Below are positions 39,072 through 49,465 of a stretch of 64,000 nt of DNA, piece after piece. This stretch comes from an uncultured delta proteobacterium. GTDB taxonomy: Bacteria > Myxococcota_A > Polyangia > Polyangiales > Polyangiaceae. The stretch's first letter is position 1. Each line of letters starts with the position of its first letter. The notes under the pieces are model-generated. The model was not told the DNA's origin. It made no database searches and saw only the letters and a program-made list of their open reading frames with translations. The position numbers and the translations under genes were made by a program. The DNA is taken from NCBI GenBank assembly GCA_963850305.1, contig CAWKKR010000007.1, forward strand, positions 640,001-704,000. The letters are read 5' to 3'.

Positions 39072-39908
39072 GTGCGCTCGCTCGCTTTACTGATCTTGCT
39101 CCTTCCGGGCTGCACCGGACTGTTCTATTACCCGTCGCGAGAGGTCTACTCGTTGCGGCCATCGAACGCCGACGACGTGGCCTTCCGCGCGTCCGACGGC
39201 GTGCTGCTGCACGGCTGGGTGCTCCATGCCGAAGGCGGCGATCCCAGGGCCACGGTCGTTCATTTCCACGGCAACGCCGGCAACCTGACTGGCCATGTTC
39301 GCCAGCTCGCCTGGATCACCCGTCATGGCTACGATCTGTTCGAATTCGACTATCGTGGGTACGGCACCTCGGAAGGCGCACCGAATCCCGAGGGGGTGAA
39401 TCGCGACGCGGTCGCCGCCATCGAATACGCGAACCGGGAACTGGCGCCGAGAAGTCACATGCGGCTCGTGGCATATGGGCAGAGCCTCGGCGGCGCCGTG
39501 ATGCTGCGCGCGCTCGGCGATACGGGAACGCGGAATCTGATCGCCGTCATCGTAGAGTCGAGCTTCAACTCGTACCAGGAGGAGGCGGCGAGTCTTCTTT
39601 ATCGCACTCCGATCTTATTTCCCTTTTTCGGGCTCGCGTACACGCTCGTATCCGACCGATATGCTCCGGCTCCCTGCGTTGCTGCGATTTCTCCCGTGCC
39701 GCTCCTCATCATCCACGGAGACGAAGATCCGATCGTGGACGTTCGTTTTGGCCGTGTGCTCTACGAGCTAGCCCGGGATCCCAAGGAACTCTGGATCGTC
39801 CCGGGCGGGGGACACATCGATGCGCTGACGGTGGACGGCGGTGCGTACCGGCAACGCTTGCTCGCGTATCTCGACCGGGTCAGCCCCCTGTGCCGCACGT
39901 GCCGTTGA
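39072..39908 (+). CDS. Alpha/beta hydrolase lipoprotein (ABHD12/13-like)
   Basis: Lipobox LPGC; HFHGNAGN, DYRGYG.S.G, GQSLGG, IIHG.ED and GGGH motifs. Confidence 0.88.
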   Translation: MRSLALLILLLPGCTGLFYYPSREVYSLRPSNADDVAFRASDGVLLHGWVLHAEGGDPRATVVHFHGNAGNLTGHVRQLAWITRHGYDLFEFDYRGYGTSEGAPNPEGVNRDAVAAIEYANRELAPRSHMRLVAYGQSLGGAVMLRALGDTGTRNLIAVIVESSFNSYQEEAASLLYRTPILFPFFGLAYTLVSDRYAPAPCVAAISPVPLLIIHGDEDPIVDVRFGRVLYELARDPKELWIVPGGGHIDALTVDGGAYRQRLLAYLDRVSPLCRTCR

Positions 39909-42459
39909 CGCAGCTCTGACCGGGCTTGCAGACCTTTCCGCAGCCTCCGCAGTTGGCAGGATCCGTCAGCACGTCGACGCATTGTCCGTCGCAAGCGTTG
40001 GTTTCGCTGCCGCACGCGCACGTGCCGTTGATGCACGACATCGATGCGCGGCACGCGTTGCCGCAACCACCGCAGTGCGACGCGTTCGATGAAAGATCCA
40101 CGCATGCGCCGTCGCAGGTCGTCTCCCCCGCAGGGCACACGCAGGCGCCGGCCGCGCAGTGCTCTCCGGCTGCGCAGGCCTTGCCGCAGCCTCCGCAGTT
40201 TTTCGAGTCTGTGGTGGTGTCGACGCACGCGCCGCTGCACGAGGACGTGCCCGCCGCGCAAGCGCACGTTCCCCCGGCGCAGACCTGGCTTTGGGCGCAC
40301 GCCTTGCCGCACCCGCCACAGTTCTCCGGATCGTTCAGCGGGTCGATGCAAGCGCCGTTGCACTGAGAGAAGGCGACGCGACAAACGCACCGGCTCGCGA
40401 TGCAGCGCTGGGTGTCGTCGCAGTTACCGTCGCACGAGCCGCAGTGGTTCGGATCGCTGGTCAGATCGGCGCAATCGCCGCCGCAAGTGGTCCGCCCTCC
40501 GGCGCACCGGGCGCGGCACTGGCCACCCCCACACACCTGCGACGCGTCGCAGGCCGTTCCACAGGCGCCGCAGTTGTCATGGTCGGCCAGCAAATCCGCA
40601 CAAACCCCCCCACTACAGAGAGTGCTTCGCGCGGGACAACGGCACGCGCCGGAGACACACTCCTGGCCAGCCCCGCACGCCCTCCCGCAGCCGCCGCAAT
40701 TGCTGGCGTCGTCGAGCGTGTCCTTGCAGCCGTCCGCGCAGGCCGTTTGCGAACCCGTGCACGAGCACGAACCATCGCTGCACGACTCACCGGTCCCGCA
40801 CGCGGTGCCACAGGAGCCGCAGTCCGCGGCGTCCGACAGGAGATCGATGCACGCGCCGCCGCATTCCGTCGTGCCCGCGGGACAGACGCAATGCCCCCCG
40901 TTGCAGACCCGCCCCGGTCCGCACGTGAGACCGCACCCCCCGCAGTTGGCGGCATCGTTGCCGGTCTCCGTGCACGCATCGCCGCAGCGCTGTGTTCCGA
41001 TCGGGCAAACGCAGAGCCCGCTTAAGCACTGCAGAGCCGACGGACAAGCGTTGGCGCACGTCCCGCAATTGCGGGGGTCGGTCTCGGTATCGGTACAACC
41101 GTTCGAGCAACTCTGTGTGCCGGGAGGGCAGGTGCAGGCCCCGCCCGGGCAGGCGACACATTTGCCGCCCTCGCACACGCCGCCGTTGCAGCTCACTCCG
41201 CACGCTCCGCAGTTCGCGCCGTCGGTGAGCGTGGCGACGCACATCGAGCCGCAGGGAGTCTCTCCGGACGGACAGACGCACTTTCCGGAACTGCACGACT
41301 CCGCGGAGTTGCAGACGACCGCGCAGCCGCCACAATTCTCTCCATCCGAGAGCGTGCTCACGCAGGCGCCGTTGCAATTCGACAGACCCGTGGGGCAGAT
41401 CGCGACGCATTTGCCTCCCGAACAGGTGCTGCAGCGCGTACCGCAGGCGCCGCAGTTCGCGGGATCCGAACTCGTGTCGACGCAGTCCCCGGAGCACGCC
41501 GTCGTTCCGGCGACGCACACGCATGCGCCCCCGTTGCATGCCCCGTCCGTGCCGCACGACACCGTGCACTTTCCGCAGTTCCGCGGATCCGTCGCGAGAT
41601 TCACGCACATGCCGTCGCAGTCGACGAAGCCTGCGGGGCAGACGCATCGACCGCCCGAGCACGTCTGGCCTCCGTCGCAGAGCACACCGCACGCTCCGCA
41701 GTTTCCTGGATCGCTCGACGGGTCCACGCACGCCTGACCACACTGCACCGATGGAGGCACGCACTTACTCACACACGCTCCCGACTCGCAGAGTGGCGCC
41801 CCGGCCGCGCATGCGTTGCCACACTTGCCGCAGTTCTCCGGATTTGCCGTGAAGGCTCGGCAGACGCCGTTGCAAAGGGACGTTCCTGGGCCGCACGTGC
41901 AGGTCCCGGCGATGCACGTCTCGCCGCCCTCGCAGAGCACGCCGCACGCGCCGCAATTGGCGTTGTCGCTCGCCAGGAAAACACAGGCGCCCGCGCAGGC
42001 CGTCTCACCCGGCAGCGAGCACGCGCATTTCCCGCCCAGGCATACCTCCGCGCCGCCGCAGTCGTTGTCGCAGGTCCCACAGTTGCTGGAGTCCGACGAA
42101 GTGTCCGTGCAGGTACCGTCGCAGTCTTCGAGGCCAGCTCCACAACTTCCCGGGCTGCCTCCAGAACTCGTGCCTCCGGCTGCGGCGCCGCCAACGGCCG
42201 CCCCTCCCGAACCCGTCACGTTGCCGGTGCCCGTCCCTCCCGCGCCTGTCGCGCCGCCGGCAAACCCGCCGTCGCTCGATACGTGAGAGCTTTTGCAGAG
42301 ACCGTCGATGCACGGCACGCCCGGAGCGCAATCGATGGACGTCTGACAGATGTTGACCCCGCTCCGACTGCATCCCGACGCGATGAGGGTTGCGGCGATC
42401 GCGGTAACGATGAAGAAAGAGAGCCCGCGCTTGTCTGCGAGGGCGTACGTGGCGGACAT
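39880..42459 (-). CDS. Large Cys-rich repeat lipoprotein (18 D-x2-NCGxCG-x2-C repeats, Stig1-like/myxobacterial type)
   Basis: Signal ending IASGC; Gly linker; 18 repeats of about 40 aa counted; stop overlaps the convergent hydrolase gene by 29 nt. Confidence 0.85.
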   Translation of the reverse strand: MSATYALADKRGLSFFIVTAIAATLIASGCSRSGVNICQTSIDCAPGVPCIDGLCKSSHVSSDGGFAGGATGAGGTGTGNVTGSGGAAVGGAAAGGTSSGGSPGSCGAGLEDCDGTCTDTSSDSSNCGTCDNDCGGAEVCLGGKCACSLPGETACAGACVFLASDNANCGACGVLCEGGETCIAGTCTCGPGTSLCNGVCRAFTANPENCGKCGNACAAGAPLCESGACVSKCVPPSVQCGQACVDPSSDPGNCGACGVLCDGGQTCSGGRCVCPAGFVDCDGMCVNLATDPRNCGKCTVSCGTDGACNGGACVCVAGTTACSGDCVDTSSDPANCGACGTRCSTCSGGKCVAICPTGLSNCNGACVSTLSDGENCGGCAVVCNSAESCSSGKCVCPSGETPCGSMCVATLTDGANCGACGVSCNGGVCEGGKCVACPGGACTCPPGTQSCSNGCTDTETDPRNCGTCANACPSALQCLSGLCVCPIGTQRCGDACTETGNDAANCGGCGLTCGPGRVCNGGHCVCPAGTTECGGACIDLLSDAADCGSCGTACGTGESCSDGSCSCTGSQTACADGCKDTLDDASNCGGCGRACGAGQECVSGACRCPARSTLCSGGVCADLLADHDNCGACGTACDASQVCGGGQCRARCAGGRTTCGGDCADLTSDPNHCGSCDGNCDDTQRCIASRCVCRVAFSQCNGACIDPLNDPENCGGCGKACAQSQVCAGGTCACAAGTSSCSGACVDTTTDSKNCGGCGKACAAGEHCAAGACVCPAGETTCDGACVDLSSNASHCGGCGNACRASMSCINGTCACGSETNACDGQCVDVLTDPANCGGCGKVCKPGQSCVNGTCGTGG

Positions 42460-42499
42460 GGTGCGCGTTAAAATAGCGTGAACGGCCGCGCTCCGCCCG

Positions 42500-44851
42500 T
42501 CAGGGCGACCGACGCACGACCTTTCCGTCGCGTAACACCGCGAATCGTGGCCAGTTCTCCTCGATGTCGAGAACGTCTTCGTGCGTCGCGAACTGGGTCT
42601 TCAGAAAGTCCGCGACGTCCATGGAGCCGTAGAGGCAGCGCAGGAACCGGTCCATCCGTTCGACGACTCGTCGCTGCTTGTCCGGCAGTGGGGCCCGCCC
42701 CTCCTGGTGATTGTAGGCATCGAGCAGCCGGAGCTTGTGGCTCTGGTGAACGAGCGCTTCATAGCGGAACACCGCCTCCAGTTGATTGCCGGACTGCATG
42801 GTCATCTCCTGCACGCGCTCGATCGCGTGGCTCGGGTCGGTCGCCACACGGTCGTACTCTTCACGGCCGAGCACGACGACGTGGTGGCACAGGAGTCTGA
42901 GCGCGTAGGAAGAGTTCACGTCGAGCGTCGAGCGAACGCGCCCGAACACAGGCAGGATCCCTTTGTCCGTGAAGAGTGGCTCCAGCCTGGCGAAGAGCAG
43001 CGCGCCATAGCGGTTCGCCACGCGCTCGAACCGGTGGAGAACCGCGCGGTCGAAGTCGGCGCGCAGGCCCTCGACGCGGCGCCGAAGGCCGCCCCAGCGG
43101 TGCGACCAGCCCTGGAGCTTGGGCACGAAATCGGACCAGAAACGCTCCACGTCTTCCGCCGATACGTTCTCCGCGTTCAGCAGCACCAGCGCATGGATAT
43201 CCTCACCGGCGATGGCGCGCGCCATGAGCGTGCCGACGAACGAGCGCCGGAGCCAGACGAGGTCGTCGTAGTGAAACAGCTCCGGCGAAGGAAGGGGGTG
43301 GTCCCAGTAGCCATCGTCGCGGTTCATCGGCGGAAAATGTGGGCCAACGAGCGTTTTTTTCCACCAGCCACCAGCCTTGCATTCGGACCACGTCGAGGGC
43401 TCGAAGAGATACGTACGCACTCGGGCGACCTTCGGCGGACCGTGCTTGCGCTCGAGTGCGCGATCGTAGAAGCCACCTCCCGGCGCCGTTCCCTCGAGGA
43501 ACCGGTGAACGAGCATGAGTGCACCAGGGACGCCGCCGTGCCCGTAGGGATCGAACCGGCCCGCGAAGTTCCGGACGATGCTGGCCTCGTTGATGCCGAG
43601 CCCTTCGTACACGATGGCCTGATCGACTCGATCATGGTGCGGCGCGCAGAATCGCGGAGGCGATGACTCGTCCGTGGGCGAATAGTGCTGTCGGATCGTG
43701 TGCCAGGTGTCCCCGTCCCAGCTCGCCTCCAGGACGGGTAACGCTTTCGCGGCGGGCAGGGACTGAGGCGGGAACACGCCGTATGCGTGCACCCACCGAA
43801 AAGGATGCAGTGCCCGAACGAGGACGACCGGCCACGTCAGGAACCGAGGCCGCACGCGCTCCCAGAACGGCCAGATCATCCATGTCTGCGCACAGAACGT
43901 GTTGAACGGTAGCGAGAGCAGCGAGATCGCGACGTGCAACAGGACGAGCGCATGAATCGCGGCGTGTCCGGGCGACGAGCAGAAGGTCGAAGGGTCGAGG
44001 GCGAGTGCGGTGCGGGTGTCGAACCACGAGAGCGCGAGCACGATGACGATCAGATTGAAGAAGCCGAAGTTCCCCGTGACCCAGATGGCGAGCATGAGAT
44101 TCACGATCGAAAGGGCTCCGACGACGCTCCACCGTCCCGGCGCGAACACCGTGAACGGAAGCGGGATCTCCGCGACGAACATGACCGCCAGCGCGAGGCG
44201 CTGCACGGGCATCGGCAGGAAGTAAGCGAACCACCCGAACGGCGTCGGAAGGGGTTGATTGACGAAGAAGCTCCGGAGAAAGCCCTTATCGTCGGGCGTG
44301 GTCCCGAGAAACTTGTGCTTACCGAACCCGAACAGCACCCGGAACACGAGTAACCGAAAGACCCACGCGATCGCCGGAAGAGGCGCGGCGGTCGCCTGCA
44401 AGTCGGGGACCGGGTGCGTTGCGGGCAGGAACATCCCCCAGAACCCCGCCTCGAAGAGCATGCAGTCCCACGGATAGACGAGCACCATGGGGCGATCGAG
44501 GGACAGGTACGCGAGGTAACAGACGGCGAAGGCGAGCGGCGTCCAGGGCCCCCCGACGATAATGGCCGTGGCGCCCGCCATGCCGAGCCAGGGGAGGGTG
44601 CTCAGGAACGCGTCGCCCGCGCCGAACCAGAGGAGAGTCGGGAAATAGAAGAACCGCCTCCATGTCGGGAAATCGAGCTCGATGCGCCGCAAGCTGTCAC
44701 CGATCGGCGTGATGCCGCGACGGCCCGCCGTCGGGAGCACCTGCGACGACAGCGACAGGAATGAGACGAGGAAGACGAGCCCGATGCCCCGCGAGACCAG
44801 CCCCCAGATCCAGGTCGGATCCGCGTCGGCCCAGCCGGAGATGAGGTTCAT
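42500..44851 (-). CDS. Lipase maturation factor (LMF1)-family membrane protein with long C-terminal extension (paralogue 2)
   Basis: Same motifs as paralogue 1: FPTLLW, PWDCMLFE, FRVLFGFGK.KFLG, NQPLPTP, YGVFPP and PPRFCAPHH.R.DQA. Confidence 0.82.
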   Translation of the reverse strand: MNLISGWADADPTWIWGLVSRGIGLVFLVSFLSLSSQVLPTAGRRGITPIGDSLRRIELDFPTWRRFFYFPTLLWFGAGDAFLSTLPWLGMAGATAIIVGGPWTPLAFAVCYLAYLSLDRPMVLVYPWDCMLFEAGFWGMFLPATHPVPDLQATAAPLPAIAWVFRLLVFRVLFGFGKHKFLGTTPDDKGFLRSFFVNQPLPTPFGWFAYFLPMPVQRLALAVMFVAEIPLPFTVFAPGRWSVVGALSIVNLMLAIWVTGNFGFFNLIVIVLALSWFDTRTALALDPSTFCSSPGHAAIHALVLLHVAISLLSLPFNTFCAQTWMIWPFWERVRPRFLTWPVVLVRALHPFRWVHAYGVFPPQSLPAAKALPVLEASWDGDTWHTIRQHYSPTDESSPPRFCAPHHDRVDQAIVYEGLGINEASIVRNFAGRFDPYGHGGVPGALMLVHRFLEGTAPGGGFYDRALERKHGPPKVARVRTYLFEPSTWSECKAGGWWKKTLVGPHFPPMNRDDGYWDHPLPSPELFHYDDLVWLRRSFVGTLMARAIAGEDIHALVLLNAENVSAEDVERFWSDFVPKLQGWSHRWGGLRRRVEGLRADFDRAVLHRFERVANRYGALLFARLEPLFTDKGILPVFGRVRSTLDVNSSYALRLLCHHVVVLGREEYDRVATDPSHAIERVQEMTMQSGNQLEAVFRYEALVHQSHKLRLLDAYNHQEGRAPLPDKQRRVVERMDRFLRCLYGSMDVADFLKTQFATHEDVLDIEENWPRFAVLRDGKVVRRSP

Positions 44852-45029
44852 TCAGCCGGACAAGTTACCCCAACACGATCGCCGAAGAGTCGAAGATTCG
44901 GCCCGGGATTCAGCGGTTTGAAGACTCGCGAACCCGGACCGCGCGAGAGAATTCGTCGCCGATCCCTTGCCCGGGGAGGTCGAAGGCATGCATGCTCGCG
45001 CCTCGAAGCTCCGCGAAGGAGTCAAGTTC

Positions 45030-45446
45030 ATGAAGACCATTTCCGTACTCGCGTTTGGCGTCGCCACCCTTCTCTCGTCCACGTGGGCCGTCGGTCACGA
45101 GGCTTCGACGGCGTCGTCGAGCGACGGGACGACTCACCACGGTGCCAAATCCGGTCATCACGGCAGTCACTCGACCAAGCACGCGAGCCACGCCGACGGG
45201 CGCGACGCTCGCGCCAGCAAGAAGGCGTCGCACTCGGAGAAGAAGACCGCGAGGGCCGACAAGGCGAGCGGCGCGCACGGTTCGAAGAGCGAGGCCAAGC
45301 ACAAGGCCGAGCACGCCGACGCGCGGCGCGCCGAAAAGGGCACCAAGGGCGCCCATCACAGCGCGCATCACGACAAGCGCACCTCGAAGACGGACCATGC
45401 CGACGGCCCCGACGACCGTCGGGTGGCGCGCCGCGATACGCGCTGA
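45030..45446 (+). CDS. Secreted His/Lys/Ala-rich low-complexity protein
   Basis: AAGGAG RBS; signal peptide MKTISVLAFGVATLLSSTWA; charged His-rich mature part. Confidence 0.65.
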   Translation: MKTISVLAFGVATLLSSTWAVGHEASTASSSDGTTHHGAKSGHHGSHSTKHASHADGRDARASKKASHSEKKTARADKASGAHGSKSEAKHKAEHADARRAEKGTKGAHHSAHHDKRTSKTDHADGPDDRRVARRDTR

Positions 45447-45460
45447 GTCCGTTCAGCCCG

Positions 45461-46180
45461 TCACGCAACCGCTGCTCGCATGTAGCTCGGCGCGCGGAAC
45501 GTCTGATAGACGGGCGCCGGGCCCACGCGTAGAAGATGCCGCACCTCATAGAGCGGTAACGCGAGCAGGTGTTCCCAGTCGGCGACGGGCAACCACGCAG
45601 CGCGCAGGCCGCGAACGAGTCCCTGCAGGATCATGCGCCGCACCCATGGCTCGCGGCCTCGGATGAGCGCGATCGCGACGATGAAACCGACGCCCGGATT
45701 CTTCGTCTGCGCGAAGCTGAAGGCGAGCAGCGAGGCCTCGCCGATCAGGTCGCCCTTGTAGCCGGTCACGACGTGCCAGAGGTCGTGCGTGTCCCGCATC
45801 CGGTTCCGCAGAAACTCCAGCTCCGGCGGCAGATCCTTCGGGTCACGCGTCCGCCCTTCGACGCTTGCCTGCTTCAATCCCTCGGCGGTGATGCCCTCGG
45901 AATCGAGAAAGTTCAGATACTCCCTCCCGAGCGACCCCGCAGGAAGCCTGGACAGGCTTTCGCGATCCAGCAGGGTATCGAGCAGCTCCGGCCTGTCGCG
46001 GAGCAGCGCGGTGCCCGTCGACGTGCGCCGGAACTTCGCCAAGGTCCGGATGCCGTTCTTTCCGGACAGGGCCTCGATGATGCGGAAGACTTGGGCCGTG
46101 TCTTCCGGATTGTGGAGGAGTGCTCGCATGGCGCGCGCCGCGTCGCCAAGTCGAATACCGTGACGGGAATCGGTTGCCAT
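45461..46180 (-). CDS. Coq4-family protein
   Basis: L..LP.GSLGREY..F and R.RDTHDLWHVVTGY..DL.GE (HDxxH-x11-E metal motif). Confidence 0.85.
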   Translation of the reverse strand: MATDSRHGIRLGDAARAMRALLHNPEDTAQVFRIIEALSGKNGIRTLAKFRRTSTGTALLRDRPELLDTLLDRESLSRLPAGSLGREYLNFLDSEGITAEGLKQASVEGRTRDPKDLPPELEFLRNRMRDTHDLWHVVTGYKGDLIGEASLLAFSFAQTKNPGVGFIVAIALIRGREPWVRRMILQGLVRGLRAAWLPVADWEHLLALPLYEVRHLLRVGPAPVYQTFRAPSYMRAAVA

Positions 46181-46211
46181 CGTGCTGAGAGCTCCAGTCG
46201 CCTGCCGCGTA

Positions 46212-46229
46212 ACTTACAACATTGTAAGT
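46212..46229. promoter_or_regulatory. Palindromic operator, probable TetR binding site
   Basis: ACTTACAA-CA-TTGTAAGT perfect 8-2-8 inverted repeat, AT-rich, between divergent coq4-like and tetR genes. Confidence 0.75.
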
Positions 46230-46258
46230 AACACGCACCCGTTGTTTGTCAACTGACC

Positions 46259-46882
46259 ATGCCGAAGAAGCGAGCAGCCATTCCGAAGCCCCGGCCCCGT
46301 CGATCGGCGGAGGAGGCTCGTCGCGAGATTCTCGACGCCGCCGAGCGACGGCTCGGGGAGCTGGGTCCCGACGGGATCCGACTCCAGCAGATCGCGGCCG
46401 ATGTGGGCGTCTCGCATCCCGCCATCCTCCATCACTTCGGAAGTCGTGAAGGGTTGATTCGCGAGGTGGTCGGGCGTGCCGTCGAAAGCCTGGAAGCCGA
46501 GATCGTCCGGTCGATCGAGACGGCGCGGCTCGACGGGGGCTCTCCCGCGCTGGACAACGTGGAGCGTGCGTTTCGGGTGCTCGTCGAGAAGGGGCACGCG
46601 CGGGTCGTGGCCTGGCTGATCCTTTCGGGACACGCACCCGAAATCCAGGGGTCACGAGTGCGCACGGTTGCGGAGGTCGCGCATCGCCGTCGAGTCGAGC
46701 TTGCGCCGCAAGGCGAAGCTCCGGACTTCGAGGATACCCTGTTTCGCACTCTCCTGATCGCGCTCGTTCTCTTCGGCGAAGCCCTCGCGGGCCCCCAGAT
46801 GCGCAAGAGTGCGGGCCTGGATGATCCGGGTGCGGCGCGACGGTTTCGGGAGTGGCTCGCCCGGCTCGTCGTCGAAGCTTGA
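46259..46882 (+). CDS. TetR/AcrR-family transcriptional regulator
   Basis: ILDAA...G..GIRLQQIAADVGVSHPAILHHFGSREGL HTH. Confidence 0.92.
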   Translation: MPKKRAAIPKPRPRRSAEEARREILDAAERRLGELGPDGIRLQQIAADVGVSHPAILHHFGSREGLIREVVGRAVESLEAEIVRSIETARLDGGSPALDNVERAFRVLVEKGHARVVAWLILSGHAPEIQGSRVRTVAEVAHRRRVELAPQGEAPDFEDTLFRTLLIALVLFGEALAGPQMRKSAGLDDPGAARRFREWLARLVVEA

Positions 46883-46951
46883 TCGGACGCCGGTCGAAGA
46901 ATGGACACGGGGCTCGGCTTGACGCATTCTCGCCGCTCTGGAGGATCCTTC

Positions 46952-47542
46952 ATGAAGATCGCGCTTCGTCATTCCGTTCTCGCGCTCACTCTCGGAGCTG
47001 CCGCCGTCGCTGCCGCGTGTGGTGGTTCCAACCCGCCCGCGGAGTCCGCACCGGCGGCGTCTGCGACACCGCCCGCGCCTGCGGAGTCCGCAAGCGCCGC
47101 GAGTGCGCCAGAGGCCGCGCCGAGCGCATCGGCCGAGGCGGCGCCGAGCGCAAGCGCCGCGGAAGCAACCCCTCCCGCGGCCCCTGCCTGGGCCGACATG
47201 ACGATGGATCAGAAGAAGGAACTCATGAAGACCCAGGTCATTCCTCAGATGAAGGAAGCGTTCCAGGGGTTCGACGCGAAGAGGTTCGCCGACTTTCACT
47301 GCGGGACGTGCCACGGCCCGGGCGCCAAGGAAGGCAAGTTCGACATGCCGAACCCGAAGCTTCCGAAGCTCGATCCCAAGGACAACTTCGCGAAGCAAAT
47401 GAAAAAGATGCCCGCGATCACGAAGTTCATGATGGAGACCGTGTCTCCGACGATGGCGAAGATCCTCGGGATCCCGCCGTTCAACCCGGAGACGCATCAG
47501 GGCTTCGGCTGCTTCAACTGCCACACGATGGCGAAGAAGTAG
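46952..47542 (+). CDS. Lipoprotein c-type cytochrome (two CxxCH)
   Basis: GGAGG RBS; lipobox AAAC; Ala/Pro linker; CGTCH and CFNCH; Met-rich. Confidence 0.8.
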   Translation: MKIALRHSVLALTLGAAAVAAACGGSNPPAESAPAASATPPAPAESASAASAPEAAPSASAEAAPSASAAEATPPAAPAWADMTMDQKKELMKTQVIPQMKEAFQGFDAKRFADFHCGTCHGPGAKEGKFDMPNPKLPKLDPKDNFAKQMKKMPAITKFMMETVSPTMAKILGIPPFNPETHQGFGCFNCHTMAKK

Positions 47543-47580
47543 GCCCGCGAGGGGCGCCGTCCTTCGGCCGTGGCTAAGCT

Positions 47581-48621
<1,041 letters not shown>

Positions 48622-48641
48622 GTGTCACTCCTCGCTCCCGG

Positions 48642-49211
48642 CTAAATTTCTACGTATCGTTTCCGCAGCGCCGTATAAGCGCGGTGCGCGCGGAGCTTCA
48701 CGGCGCTGACCGTCGTACCGAGGACCTCGGCGGCGTGCGAATGCGAGAGCCCCTGGACCCGCAGTAACTCGAATGCCATGCGCTGGTTTTCCGGTAGCCC
48801 GGCGAGAACGCGAGCGACCACCATCGCCGTCTCCCTGGCGACGAGCTCTTCGTCGGCGCCGGCCGCGGGGGAAGGGAGGGATGCCTCCGCGAATTCGGAG
48901 CTGTCCCGGCGCACGCTGCGGCGGTTCCGGCGTGCGTCGTCGATGAGCAACCGGCGAGCAATGGCGTAGGCCCATGGCAGCACCGCGCTCCCGGCGATGA
49001 AGGTGCCGCGGGCCCGGTGCATCACGAGGAATGTCTGCTGCACGAGATCCTCGGCGTGCGCCTCGCACGTCGTACGCCGGCGCAGATACCGGTAAAGTCG
49101 CTCGGAGAGGACGTCGTACACCACGGCGAACGCCTGATCGTCGCCCGTCGCGTAACGATCCATGGCCAGATCCTCGGGGCGACGTTCCAGCGTAGTCACT
49201 TGACGCCTCAA
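48642..49211 (-). CDS. ECF RNA polymerase sigma-70 factor
   Basis: GD..AF..VY, AEDLVQQTFL, W.Y.IAR..L.D and LPE.QR.AF.L...GLS....AEVLG....AVK.R.HRA. Confidence 0.9.
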   Translation of the reverse strand: MRRQVTTLERRPEDLAMDRYATGDDQAFAVVYDVLSERLYRYLRRRTTCEAHAEDLVQQTFLVMHRARGTFIAGSAVLPWAYAIARRLLIDDARRNRRSVRRDSSEFAEASLPSPAAGADEELVARETAMVVARVLAGLPENQRMAFELLRVQGLSHSHAAEVLGTTVSAVKLRAHRAYTALRKRYVEI

Positions 49212-49465
49212 AACATTACAGGGCCGTCAGGGGGGCGGCCATGAGCAGATCTCCGAGTTGGTAGACGAGGGGCGTTGCCTGCTCCCCGCTCGCTACGCGA
49301 CTGCTCGTTATCCAGAAACGGCTTTGCGCCGCGTGGGGTTGGGTTTCGGGGGGGCCTCGGCCGCCTTGTCCCCCCGCGGCTCGCTTGCGCGACCACTCCC
49401 TCCGCCGCCTTCGGCGGGCTCGCGCTCGGGGCCGTGAATCGGCTGGACCAAGCGTGGGATGGTTT

